Positions 25,791 to 38,910 of a stretch of DNA of 64,000 nt are shown one piece after another. The stretch comes from Octopus bimaculoides (Eukaryota), in contig NC_068990.1 of NCBI RefSeq assembly GCF_001194135.2, forward strand, positions 37,747,807 to 37,811,806, read 5' to 3'. The position numbers were made by a program, and so were the translations under genes. Below the pieces are notes generated by a model. The model was not told the origin of the DNA. It saw only the letters and a list, made by a program, of their open reading frames with translations, and made no database searches. Position 1 is the first letter of the stretch, and the number at the start of each line of letters is the position of its first letter.

Positions 25791-26989
25791 TATACATGCA
25801 TGTATGTACATGCATATGCATTTATGTATATATGTGTAGATGCATCTATGAATCTGTACCTATTTCTTTCTTTCCTGTTTTTCAAATGAAATGAAGTGGA
25901 AGCATAATCAAGTATAAAATTGCTCATCCAAAACTCCGAAATATATATTTAGAAAAAAAATACTGGTATTCTTTTTTTTTAGTAAACTCTAAAAATGAAT
26001 AAATAAATAAATGAATAAAGAAATAAAGAAATAAAAAATATAATAATTATATATAAAACAAAGAGGTGAGTATTATCTTGTTGTGCACCACTGGACCTGT
26101 GTCTATCCACATCAAATATTTATAATGACACATTTCCGTTTATTACTATTACACTTATGATAGCGTTTATCACACTGTCATTTATCCCATTATGATAATG
26201 ATGATTATGACAGTGACGAAGAGAATATATATGTCGATGATTATTGGGCTGTTTTTTTAAATTATATTATTTTCATTGTCACTACTTTTCTTAGAAATTT
26301 TACTTTTTTTTCTTGCTGTTGATATTATGATTATTGTTGTTGTTGTTATAAATATTCAAATGTTATTTCTTTGTTATTCTTTCGATTGTGCTGCCTAAAT
26401 TTATTTTTGTATAAATCTAATTTGGGTTGTATTATTTTAATTATTTTGTCTTATATTTTTTATCATCATTATTATTACTACCATTGTTGTTATAGCTTTG
26501 TGAAATAATGGATTACATTATTGTGCATTGCTTTGAAAAATATGTAAACAATACTAAAAAGTAAAAGAAAAAAAGAATCGCAAAAAATAAATGCAATCAA
26601 ATAAAATTTTAAAATATAAATATATAAATTGTTCCATATTTTGTTTTCTTTAGTTATAAAAAAAAAGCAGTACTAAAAATTATAAGTGTAAAAAAAAAAA
26701 TCTAGGCAGGAAAAAATATTGATCTGATGTAATTTACAAGGGAAATGTCGACACCAAGAATCAGCATTATTAAAAACAGGAGTATGTGATAGAAACTGAC
26801 AATATGAAGCATTATTGCATCACCACCCCCACCACCACCACTGCTACTGCTGCCACTGCCACCACCACTACCACCACTACTGCTAGTGCCACCACCAACA
26901 TCATTACTTCTTTAATCATGATGACAGCATGGTGTGTATGTATAAATTCATATACACATTTTCACTAAGAACATGGAAGCATTTTTTTC

Positions 26990-27215
26990 TCTTATCTTTT
27001 ATCTTTTATCCCTTACTTGAATCAATCATTTTACTGCACCATGCTGGGGGCACTACATTGGAGAGTTTCAGTCAAATAAATCAACCTCAGGACTGTTTTT
27101 TTTAAAAACCTAGTGCTAATCCTATCAATCCCTTTTGCCAAACTGCTAAGTTATGAGGACATAAACACACCAACACCATTTGTCAAGCAGTGGTGAAGGA
27201 CAAACACAGACACAA
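26990..27215 (-). mobile_element. SINE type A, 3' half, degenerate
   Basis: ccatgctgggggcac...aactgctaagttatgaggacataaacacacc...ggacaaacacagacac. Confidence 0.65.
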
Positions 27216-27624
27216 AGTTCCACACACAGTTACTCACATGTATACATGTTGTTGCTATTATGAAACAGTATTGTAAGTCCAAAGCATTGCTTTTTCAGAA
27301 AACGATAAAATAGTTTCACCATTCCATAACAAAACCATTGTACTAAACTTTGTCAATTTTTGATATCGTGGCATCTGAAGCAGCTGGAAATACAATAGTT
27401 TGACCAAAAGAACAGGCTACTGCAAGCAAAAATAAATATTGAAAAATATGCATTTGGCCAAATTTGGACAAACAATAGTTTAACATAATAGCAATGATCT
27501 GTGTGTGTGTGTATGTGTGTATAGACACATAGATAGATAGACAGATAGATAGATAGAATAGATAAGATAGATAGATAGATAGATAGGTAGATAGATTAAT
27601 TGATAGATAGATTCTATAATTTGT

Positions 27625-28345
27625 GTGACCAAGTCAGCAGCGGGGCTGAATGCTCTGAGAGCATAGCTGCTAGAATAAGAATAGGCTGGGTGAAGTTCAG
27701 AGAGTTTCTACTGTTGTTGGTAACAAAGTGCCTCTCCCATAGAGTGTAAGGCAAATTGTAAGATGCCTGTGTGTGAACAGCCATGTTACATGGCACTGAA
27801 ACATGGGCTGTGACTACAGAGAACATGTGAAGGCTTGAAAGAAATGAAGCTAGTATGCTTCGCTGGATGTGCAATGTCAGTGTCCATGTACAACAGAGTG
27901 TAAGTATCCTGAAAGAAAAATTGGGCATAAAAGGCATCAGTGTGCAATAAAGAAGACTGCACTGGTATGGTCATGTGATGCGTGTGGACAATGACAGCTG
28001 AGTAAAGAAATGTTGATCTCTAACTGTGGAGGGATCCTGTTTAAGAAGTAGACCCAGGAAGACATGGGATGAAGTGGTGAAGCATGATCTTTGGATGTTG
28101 GGTCTCCTGGGAGTGATGACAAATGATCAAGACCTTTCGTGATTTTGCTGTGGTTGAGAAGACAAGTGGAATCATGGACATGGCCAGTGCTGGTGACATG
28201 TAAAAGGTGCCTGCTACACTCTTAGAGTGCTTGGTGTTATGAGGGGCATCCAGGCCAAATCAGACTGGAGCCTTGTACAGCTCTCCGGATTACCTGTCCC
28301 AGTCAAACTGTCTGGAAAACAGACACTAAATGATGATGACGATGA
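27625..28345 (+). mobile_element. Older, degraded RTE LINE 3' fragment
   Basis: Translates RIGWVKFREFL...AMLHGTETWAVT...ASMLRWMCNV...LHWYGHVMR...RPRKTWDEVV with stops; ends in (GAT)n. Confidence 0.85.
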
Positions 28346-28374
28346 TGTTGATGATGATGATATATATATGTGTG

Positions 28375-29205
28375 TGCGTGTAGTGAAACATGGGCTGTGA
28401 CTGCTGAGGACATGCGTAAGCTCGCAAGGAATGAAGCCAGTATTGTCCGCTGGATGTGTAATGTAAATGTGCATACCCATCAGAGTGTAAGTATCTTGAG
28501 AGAAAAGCTGAACATAAGAAGCATCAGTTGTGGTGTGCAAGAGAGACGATTGCGCTGGTTTGGACATGTGGTGAGAATGAATGAGGATAGCTGCGTGAAA
28601 AAGTGCCACTCCCTGACAGTTGAGGGAACCTGTGGAAGAGGTAGGCCCAGGAAGACCTGGGCTGAGGTGGTGAGGCAAGACCTTCGAACATTGGGCCTCA
28701 CAGAGGCGATGACTANNNNNNNNNNNNNNNNNNNNNNNNNNNNNNNNNNNNNNNNNNNNNNNNNNNNNNNNNNNNNNNNNNNNNNNNNNNNNNNNNNNNN
28801 NNNNNNNNNNNNNNNNNNNNNNNNNNNNNNNNNNNNNNNNNNNNNNNNNNNNNNNNNNNNNNNNNNNNNNNNNNNNNNNNNNNNNNNNTGACCGTTGCCA
28901 GTACCGCCTGACTGGCCTGGTAGGGTTTTCGAGCGAGATCATTGCCAGTGCCCCTGGACTGGCACTTGTGCGGGTGGCACATAAAAGACACCATTTCGAG
29001 CGTGGCCGTTTTCGTGCGGGTGACACGTAAAAGCACCCACTACACTCTCTGAGTGGTTGGCATTAGGAAGGGCATCCAGCTGTAGAAACTCTGCCAAATT
29101 AGATTGGAGCCTGGTGTTGCCATCCGGTTTCACCAGTCCTCAGTCAAATCGTCCAACCCATGCTAGCATGGAAAGCGGACGTTAAACGATTATGATGATG
29201 ATGAT
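28375..29205 (+). mobile_element. Young RTE LINE 3' fragment (RT C-terminus and 3' UTR, with a gap inside)
   Basis: SETWAVTAEDMRKLARNEASIVRWMCNV...RRLRWFGHVVRM...GRGRPRKTW is uninterrupted and carries the typical RTE C-terminal motifs; the 3' UTR and (GAT)n tail follow. Confidence 0.9.
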
Positions 29206-29215
29206 GTGTGTGTGT

Positions 29216-29552
29216 GTGTTTCATTTGCATAAGACCTCCTTGATTGTGTCGAGAATGATGAAAATGTTTTTAAAACTTTGCGTAGGTCTCTGAGCAGGTA
29301 TCGCTAAGCTTTTGGCTAAATTTTATGCAGATTCTCCGCTCGACTTCCCCTGTCATGGTCAATGCGATGATCACACGCTACACACAATCCTTCCAAGTGC
29401 TGCTCTAAACAGCGGAGGTGAGTTAGAACGTTAAAACTTAGTGTGCATGCACATCAGAGTTCACGGTCAATCTTTGTGAAGCGGCTTCACTCTGCGTGCT
29501 TTAGCTTCGTTACTATTGCAACAGTCCGGATACTTATTGATCTGACCTCATG
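29216..29552 (-). mobile_element. Mariner 5' end with an inverted internal transposase fragment
   Basis: Minus-strand TIR TA|CATGAGGTCAGATCAATAAGTATCCGGAC at 29552; ATG at 29356 gives MTGEVERRICIKFSQKLSDTCSETYAK. Plus strand 29216-29280 gives VSFA*DLLDCVENDENVFKT. Confidence 0.75.
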
Positions 29553-29579
29553 TAATTTTTTCCATGTTAATTATCCTGT

Positions 29580-29661
29580 GTTTTATAGGGGACCGTAAAT
29601 AATTGAAAAAACTGTAAGGGGACCGGAATGTAAAATATTTTGAAAAGTTTGAAAATCACTG
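29580..29661. mobile_element. Possible right end of a hAT/Charlie-type MITE
   Basis: Repeated aggggacc(g) motif and a terminal aaaagtttgaaaatcactg, which resembles hAT MITE ends. No left end found. Confidence 0.35.
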
Positions 29662-31945
29662 CTCTAAAGATTTTCTTGCATTATATGATTTATACAAACT
29701 ATTTTACACACATACATGCACATATACACATACTTATGTATAGCCCTGCTGGTAGAGTGCAACCAATAGAATGCATATACGTACATGATGATGATAATAC
29801 TGATGATGATGCTGACAATGATGATACATACACACATACACACACACACAAACAGCACACATAATCCTTTGCTCCTAACAGTAAATTTCTGTGGGATTTA
29901 CACAATTAAATAAAATCTGTGTTTGACATCACTTTGCTCTTTACACAAGATATACCAAAATATATAAGAAACTTGGGAAACCAAACAAATCAACAAAACT
30001 GCTTTACAAGTTGACAAATGGTACTAAGCTGAAAATCATCTTCGAATTTGCTGCCAAACTTATCCTTGTCAAAATGAAACATGATGCTCCATTTAAACAT
30101 ATTGAGTGAACATTCAACTAATATTGATTACGCTTTATATAAAACTATACATAAAAACGAACATTTATGTAAATAATGATGTGCATCTTCATTTATAACA
30201 TATTCAAGCTGACTCAAATTTGAATGTAACTTAGCAGTATTTTTGTCAAGGAGAAAAACGTCTTCTTATATAGAATTTGTAAGTAAAACACACAAAGCTC
30301 CAAATGACATCAGTAGATATTAGGTACCAGTGTTTATGATTAATTTTGCCTTCTCAGTGATAAACATTGGCCCACGCCTTTGGAGCTAAAAAGAAACTTC
30401 AATACAGAAATAAGATAGACAATGACAACCACACAAATAACTGCAACGAGAACAGCCAAAAACAGAAGTTGCACTAAGCACTCTCTTGTATTTTATAATA
30501 CTATTGCTGCAGAGTTGCCTGATCAGCTAGAAGTAACTGTTAAACTTCTTTTACATCACACTGTATATACCACCTAAGAAAAAAATGTTTTGGAATGTCA
30601 TCATCATCCTCAATTTAATTGTTCTGTATACTGTATGCTTTTGGTATGGCTTTTACATTTGTTCATTCTACCTTTTACCAACGAGTTTCTTTCATTGCTT
30701 GGGTACATTTTTCTCAGGCCACTGGTATCAGTAAGATTGACTGCCATCATTAAAGCAATTCTAGATAGATTACATTTGTAATAATGGGTGGAAGAACATG
30801 TATCCTACTTTATTTCTTCTCTTTTAACAAGTTTTTGCTTTTTTTTCATGACCAGATGCTCTGTCTGAAAAGCAAGAGGTAATGATCAGGACTGTAATAT
30901 TTCAACATAAATTTCCTTCATTAACCCAAACCTGGGTCAAACAATGACAACAACAACAGCAGCAGTAACAACAACCACACCGTGCTGCATTTTGTAAAAC
31001 TGCAAACAAAACAATGAATTATCTGATTGCCAAATCAAAACATACAGCTCTACAGTGGATTGAACCCATATCAAGAAATTACTGCCAAGTTAATCACTGG
31101 CACTTGCATTACACACCATGAAATTTCTACATTAATAACAGAAATATGAATATGATGTAAATAATCTAAGAATTAGTTTTGGCTAGGTAAAAGACTAACA
31201 TTTCTGGAATCTCATTACCAAATATATCAGTCAGATCTGTCAGAGAGAAGCCAAAAATGGCAGTTCGACAAATTGATAATATATTTAATAATATACCTAT
31301 TTGTTTATAGTTTTATTCAGTTATCTATCATCTATCTATTTCTATATCTATGTATATTTATATATATTTATTTATGTATAGCATTATTCAGTTTCCTATC
31401 TATCTATCTATCTATCTGTCTATCTATATCTCCATACAGACACACAAATACATGCAAATAGATGTACACGTACACATGTGTATTTGTGTATAGCTAGGTT
31501 TATCAGTATATCTATGCACATATTTATGTGTTTGTGTGTATATGCATAGGTATGAATGCATGTAAGTATGTGTGTATGTATTTTCTTTCTTTTCTTCCTT
31601 CTTTCTTTCTTTCTTCTACCTTTAATATTTATCTGTTTTGTTTGTGTCAGTGTTAGTATTATATGTTGCTTTTTTTTATTGTTATTTTTATTGTTGTTTC
31701 TGTTTCTTAAAAAAATTATCAGACAATTCTAATACCAACATGAGTCCGTCATTTAGATATACTTCTTCATTGTTGTTGTTGTTGGTGTTGTTGCTGGTGG
31801 TGTTGGTGGTGGTGGCTGTTGTGGTGGTGCATAAACTGGTCATTGTGACAGTAGTGGTCATAGTGATGGCTAGGCAAGTGAGGAGTTGTTTGTAATTTTA
31901 GTGTCCAAAGATTTGTATCAGTAGACAAAAAAGTAGATGAGGAAC

Positions 31946-31991
<46 letters not shown>

Positions 31992-32215
31992 AGAGAGAGG
32001 GAGAGAGAGAGAGAGGGAGAGAGAGGGACGGACAGACAGACAGAGAGTGAGAGAAAGGATAAAAATGACAACAGAAGGATAGTAAAGAAGTAAGAAAGAG
32101 AAAGAGAGAGACTGAAAATGAGAAACAGAGGCAGACTGACAGACAGAAAGAGGGCAAATAGAGTTATGGTACAAGGGAAAACACACATATGTGTGTGTGT
32201 GTGTGTCTCTCTCTC

Positions 32216-32259
<44 letters not shown>

Positions 32260-33232
32260 ATATATATATATATGTAAGCACATATATATACACAGACATG
32301 TAAGTATATACATAGATATAGTTGGCTATGCCATAACTTTCAAATGAATGATCAACCAGAATACATGGGTATTGCAAAGATATTGAAGAACAGACTCACA
32401 TACGCACACATGCATATACATATGTGCACATGTGCATCAATGCATGTGTGTGTGTGTGTGTGTGTTTCAACAGAGTGTTATGTGGAGAAAGGATATGACA
32501 AAACAAGAAAATTAGAGACACAGAGAATGAAAGAGAGAACAAGAAAGCCAGAGAAGGAGAGAGTGAGAGGGAGAGAGAAAGCGAGAGTGAGAGGGAGAGA
32601 GAAAGAGAGAATAAAAGAAGGATTAAAGGAACAAAAACTAAATATAAAAAGATAAAAATAATGAAAAATTACAAAAAAAACTATCTATCTAAAAATACAT
32701 AAATATATTACAAAAAAAATCCCTTAAAAAGTTAAAAGTAAACGATAAAGAATAAAAAAATCTTGAAGACATGAAAGTGAGAGAAAAATGGCAGCAATGA
32801 ACATAAGCTAACTGTTTCTCATGATAAGAGTAAAATTGTGAGTGGTGTTATTAGAGGTAGGTATCTTTTAAAATTGATTGTTAGAGAAAATGTGACCAAT
32901 TCAATTATATTGGCCATGAAAGAAAAGAGCTATTTTACTTGAGGCTGCGACAAGTTGATGTAATCTGATATGAGAAAAATGCAATTAGTCATATATCACA
33001 TGCATAAGAATGCACTTTGCCTACGAGCAGTAGGTACTAGTTCCACTTTTGTTCTCTATATAATGCATAATTTTGTTGGGTTACGCTTTAAAAAAAAAAA
33101 AAAGGAAAGTAAATAAAAGTAATACTAATAATATTATTAATAATAGGTATATATATATACACATATCCATGTGTGTGCGTGTGTACATTTATGCATAAAT
33201 GTATATACATATATATCTATATATCTATATGC

Positions 33233-33265
<33 letters not shown>

Positions 33266-33983
33266 CAGTTGTATGTTTATATATTATATATATTTACATA
33301 TGTATATATATATAGATATGCGTGCATATAAATGTGGGTGTATATCTATATATTATGTATCAGTCTATCTGTCTCTCTCTTTACACATATACATACATAC
33401 ATACACATATATACATAAGAATGATAATAATAATAATAATAATGATAATATTGATAATATATATAATTGTAATAATAACATTAATGACAATAATAATCTG
33501 AAGAAATTATTGTTGCTGTCGTTGTTGTTATTCTATTGCTGTTGTATTTATTTATTTTGGTGGAAAGTGTTACGTGTCTGTGGTGGTGGTGATGGTGGTG
33601 GCATATCCTACTTTTGTTTAGCTTTCATTTTTGTTGTTTTGTAAATTTCCAAGAGAAAAAGAGAGACAGAAAGTGTGTATGTGTGTTTGTGCGTGTGTGT
33701 GCGTGTGTGTGTGTATGTGTGTGCACGTGTATATACAGATTTATCTGTGCAATTGTGTATGTGTTTATTTTGATATGATTTGTGTTTGTTTTTTAAATCT
33801 TTTATTGCATTTTTCAAGAACGTTTTTTTAAAGCATATAATGGAATCTAACATAGAACTAATATTTTAGTATGTATAAAATGTGCAAATGTGCACATAGA
33901 TATGTATATGCGTATCTATATATCTATCTACCTCACTGTGTGTATGTATATGAACAGGGGGTGAGATACCCACAAATATATAA

Positions 33984-34029
<46 letters not shown>

Positions 34030-34091
34030 ATGTATATACACGTATATATATATATATATATATATGAATATGTATACATACATATACATAC

Positions 34092-34136
<45 letters not shown>

Positions 34137-34511
34137 TATATATGTGTATGTATGTATGTATGTATATATGTATGCATGTATACATATCCATGCATACACA
34201 TCTGTGTATCAATTTATTTATCTATTTAGTCAAATAGTTATGTCATGTCATCTGAGGAAGAAAATAGAATTACTGAATATGGAATACAGAATAGAAGATC
34301 TACCGAAAAACAAACAAAAGAAGAAAAACAAAAAAAGCATGAAAAAATACAGTAAGTAAAGGGGAACAAAATAAAGAGCAGTAAGGTAATATTACCATCT
34401 CAAAGAGTTTTCAAAGCTGTCGAATTAGAATATAGAAATTTTGTTCACCACAAATTTATCTGGACAATTTCTGTATTTTCTTTTCAATATTCTCTTCTCC
34501 ACACACACAGG

Positions 34512-34548
<37 letters not shown>

Positions 34549-34609
34549 CTATATATATATATGCATATATATATATATATACATATATGTGTGTGTGTGT
34601 GTATATATG

Positions 34610-34646
<37 letters not shown>

Positions 34647-34651
34647 ATATA

Positions 34652-34697
<46 letters not shown>

Positions 34698-35180
34698 CAT
34701 AAATGTGTGTGCATGTATACGTATATGAATATATCTATACAGACATGCATACACATATGTATAAGAAAATTTTTTTTTTATCTAAATATATAGAGAATTT
34801 TTTGTGTGCACAATATTCACCATTCCTTTAAATGTTTCATTATTACCAATATCACAATTCATTGAGAATTCATTTGTTCTCCGTTCTATCTTAAACCTTT
34901 TCTTTCATGAATTCTTTGTTCTTCGGTCTATGTCTTTTCCTTGTGTCTGTTCATGGTTTCTTCAAGCACATTCCTTTGTTTTACACTTTACCATTTTCTT
35001 CTTCCATTACATTCTTTACTTTTGTTTTTCTTCTTCTTCTTTTATACAATTTGTTAGTGTGTTTCTGCAACTTTTTATTATTATTTTTTGGTGAGGAACA
35101 AGGATATTTTGTGAGAAGAGGAGTATATAACGTTTTACTTCTCAGAATGATTCAAATTATTATTATTACTATTATTATTA

Positions 35181-35223
<43 letters not shown>

Positions 35224-35484
35224 CATTATCATCATCATCATCATTATGTTGTTGTTGCTTTTGTTGTTTTTATTGTTGTTGTAGGTGTTCTCTTGCTTTA
35301 ACATTTATTAATTCAGTGCTAACAATATCAAAAGGATTTCAGATTTATAGAAACACTAAGAATAAATAATATGCAGTGACATTCATCCCTTTCTGTGATT
35401 TAAAGGGAATTAAGAGTTTGTAAAGTTGCATTAAATAGATACAACAGCCAAGAGGAAACTAAGGACTCACAACAGTGTTTCTAT

Positions 35485-35650
35485 ACAGTATTTCTTGATC
35501 TGCCAACAATAGCAGCATACTAATAGTTTGAAATGATACCCTAAAGAAGGACACATTAGACCACATAGTTATAAGTTTACAAAATATATGTGATGGTCAC
35601 AGATGGAATGTCTTTGATTGTAGGACTGCTGAATCAAGCAATCTGTATAC
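35485..35650 (+). mobile_element. Degenerate SINE-like repeat type F
   Basis: Similar to 37318-37495 (minus strand) and to partial copies at ~2320-2378, ~12595-12650 and ~30510-30590 (gctagaa(a/g)ta...; ctgct...atca...). Confidence 0.45.
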
Positions 35651-37317
35651 TTTGATCCAGTTTTGCACCATTTCCAAAGAAAGAGAATTCAGACACATCA
35701 TAGAAAGTTTTATGAGCAATTTCATCATTCATAACAAGGGAAAATTCACCATTCTTTATTAATACCATCATCAACAGAAGTAGACCAGTGTCTATTACAA
35801 TTCTCAGAGTCTCAATGACTGGTGGGAAGAAAATGGAATTTTATCAGTCTACCACACTTGTCTGAATGTTTCTAACAAATAGAAGTCTGTTGAAGCTACC
35901 CACATATCAAGGAAGTACTCAGGTACTGCACCCTTCTTACACTTGAAAAACATTAAACCAAAGCCCACAATTTCAGAAAAATGCGAGTCATACAATCCCA
36001 GAAAATCTCTCATAATGTCGTTGTGTATTTAACTTTGCTAAACCTGCATCACAAAGGCTGGCCCTTTGTGGCAGGGAGTGAGTAATAAAGTGCTCCTTGT
36101 GTGTATCAAATACTATCTTATCTGATGCATGCTAGTTTGTAAAATGGAACATTAGACTATTAAATGAACAAACTTATTGCTTTTGGATGAAATAGTTCAA
36201 ACGTGGGTTTTATAGACCGTTCTATACCAAAGAAACTGGTTTTTGCATAGTTGCATGTTGATGGTTACAAGGAAGTCATGGGTTAGGAAGGAATCCCAAA
36301 GGGAAGACATTCTAGGAAAGGAGGAAGGACTGGACATCGTGGTCAGTGCCAGCATTTCAGATTTGGAAATTAAGCCCAAAATGGAGGCTGAGAAGAGGAG
36401 AATCAGTTGAGTTAGTTGATTAGGATTACTAGAGGGGAGATGGTGTGAGACTAGCCAATGCCAAAGAATAAGAGACAACTTTATTTTTATCTTCAAGTCT
36501 GGAGAAAGGACAGTGCCCACGAATTCTTAACAAGGCTGTCAAGAGTAAATGCTTGCATCAAGATGGACACTGCTAAAGGCACAAAGACATTTTGAATTTT
36601 AGACAAATTCAGTAGCAGCTATGATTAACAGTTATGCACAGAAAATAAACAGTAAAAATAATAGTACCATAAAATTCCTGTTTTGCGAGGGTCAAAACTG
36701 TGTATCTTATCTTATTCATATGTAGTTAAGATTAGAAACAGGAAGATGAAAGAGTAAAGGAATCAACTGATAACAGTTAGTTGAAGTTTTACTAGGTTCC
36801 TGAGCACTTCACATCTTGAACCTCTTAATTGAGCTATAAAATCTCTAAACACTTTTCATGCACAAACACACACATACAATGACACAGATATACTATTATG
36901 TTGACATGCAAAATATGTAGCTACAGGCATTACTATCATGATAAAAGTTTTTCCAGCTATAACAATCACTTCTCTTTTTGTACAACTGGTATTACATTGA
37001 CCAACGTGTTCTTTTGGTTTTAAGCTGTTAAGTTTGTAATTTGAGGTAGATTTGTTTATTTCTAGTATGCCCTAGAATGTACAAGATCTTTCATTGGTTT
37101 TTTTTTATTGATTCTTCTTATTCATCCAAAAGATAGCTTGAATCAAGCAGCCCTATTGTCAGTCACTGTAGTCATGGCCATCTCAGCTTTCTACAATATG
37201 TACATAACCCAGGGCTATTTTACCTAAAATGTCCTTTACTAAAATGGTAATATGAGAGATGTTTGTCTATTGTATTTTTGTAATTCAGACCCTTACACTT
37301 GAAGCTGTTTCTTGAGC

Positions 37318-37495
37318 TGTTGCTGTCGTTCTTTAGCTCCAGGTCAAATAAGATTGAACATACCTTCGATCAAATCATTCCAGCTATTTTACTCTTTCTA
37401 CCTGCAGATATCCTGAGACCACATTACCCAATGTGTTCTTTTCTAAAACGGTAGAAAGTGATTTGAAACAGATTTAGCTGCTATTTCTAAATATA
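37318..37495 (-). mobile_element. Degenerate SINE-like repeat type F
   Basis: ttagctccaggtca...gatcaaatcattccagct...gatttagctgctatttcta is the reverse complement of the type F motifs. Confidence 0.45.
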
Positions 37496-38418
37496 GAGGA
37501 CTATATAGAAGAGTATCATTAACTAGTGTTACTGTTGCTGTTGTTGTTATTGTGGTTTATGTTGCCACTTCATTTCATAAATGAAATGAAGTGGCAACAT
37601 TTGTTCTTACCATTGTTGATGTCAATGTGTAGAGTATAGTCGATAGTAACAGGAGATAAACGTTACAATGAAAACAAAATTCGGATAATGAGTGCGATAG
37701 GGTAACCATTATATGTATGACAGGACATGATGGGTGAACAATAAAGTGAAGAAAAAACATTAGAATGTTAATGAGTTCTGGTGTTGATGTAATTATTAAT
37801 ATCGGGGAAAAAGAATGCTATTTGATTGGCTTTTTAATCAAATATCCACTTAATTGAAACAACAGCCTAACCAGCCACATATCGCTATTGTATATCATTA
37901 TTTAAGTTTGTGTATTAATATGCTGTTGTTGTTGTTGTTAATGATGATGTTGTTCAGCGTTCCAGTTGAGTTATGCTTCAACTGGCTGCTTCTCCGTACC
38001 AAAAACTGTAACTAAAGAAACACTTTGAACCTGCTCGTAGTTTTTATATCCTATATATGAAATATATATATAATGTATGCATGTGGCCCAGTAGTTAGGG
38101 TGTTGCTCACAAGATCATGCTTTCAATACTCAAGCTGGGTGGTAAGTTGTATTCTTGAAACAAAACACCCCATTTCATCTTCTTCCAGTTCACTCAATAT
38201 GAATAAGCAGCCCTGCGATGGATTGTCATCCTATTGAATGGGAATGTTTTGATCTCAGTCACACTTATACACTTTGGAAACTTATTAAGTGGGGCTATGA
38301 ATCTTAAGACACGAGACAATGCTAATATTCATATATATCTGTGCATGTGTATGTGAGTGTATGAGAATGTATGTGTGTATCGATATTTATATATATATAT
38401 TTAGGGGGAGTGAGAGAG

Positions 38419-38482
<64 letters not shown>

Positions 38483-38485
<3 letters not shown>

Positions 38486-38815
38486 TGTAGTTATATAGTA
38501 TAGTTATAATAAGGGCGCTGAAGCGGCAATAACTGTAGTGTAGACTAGAAGTAAACCCCAAATGGTCTACAAACCGCTTAAGTTATTGCAACTGGAGAGT
38601 GGAAAACGATTTTAATATCGTAAACCACGAAATCTTTAGATATAGTGTTGTCCACGATATTTTATAAATCCTTTCTGTCCATTTTCTTCGCATACAACCT
38701 TGTACTAATGGAGTAATACCTTAAGTGGTTTGTAGACCATTTGGGGTCTACTTCTAGCGTACAGGCGTTGTCGCTTCAGTGTCGTTATCATAATTATACT
38801 TTATAATTATACTTA
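38483..38815. mobile_element. MITE with ~90-bp imperfect terminal inverted repeats next to (TA)n
   Basis: ctagaagtaaaccccaaatggtctacaaaccgcttaag (38545-38582) pairs with cttaagtggtttgtagaccatttggggtctacttctag (38720-38757). Pairing continues outward (ctgaagcg/cgcttcag). The ends are fuzzy. Confidence 0.75.
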
Positions 38816-38910
38816 AATATAAATTAACTATTATGGTCTTCGTAGTACGCTGGCCAGTGATAAATCATTAAATAATGACTTTATCCTATTTATGTATAAA
38901 TATATACATA

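Noticed and set aside
30935-31000. Minus-strand signal-peptide-like stretch (WLLLLLLLLLSLF)
   Set aside because: Derived from a CAA/CAG microsatellite, with no in-frame ATG and a stop shortly after.
36190-36520. Purine-rich blocks that may be ancient L2/CR1 remnants (also 1950-2150 and 55800-56340)
   Set aside because: No diagnostic protein motif could be read with confidence.
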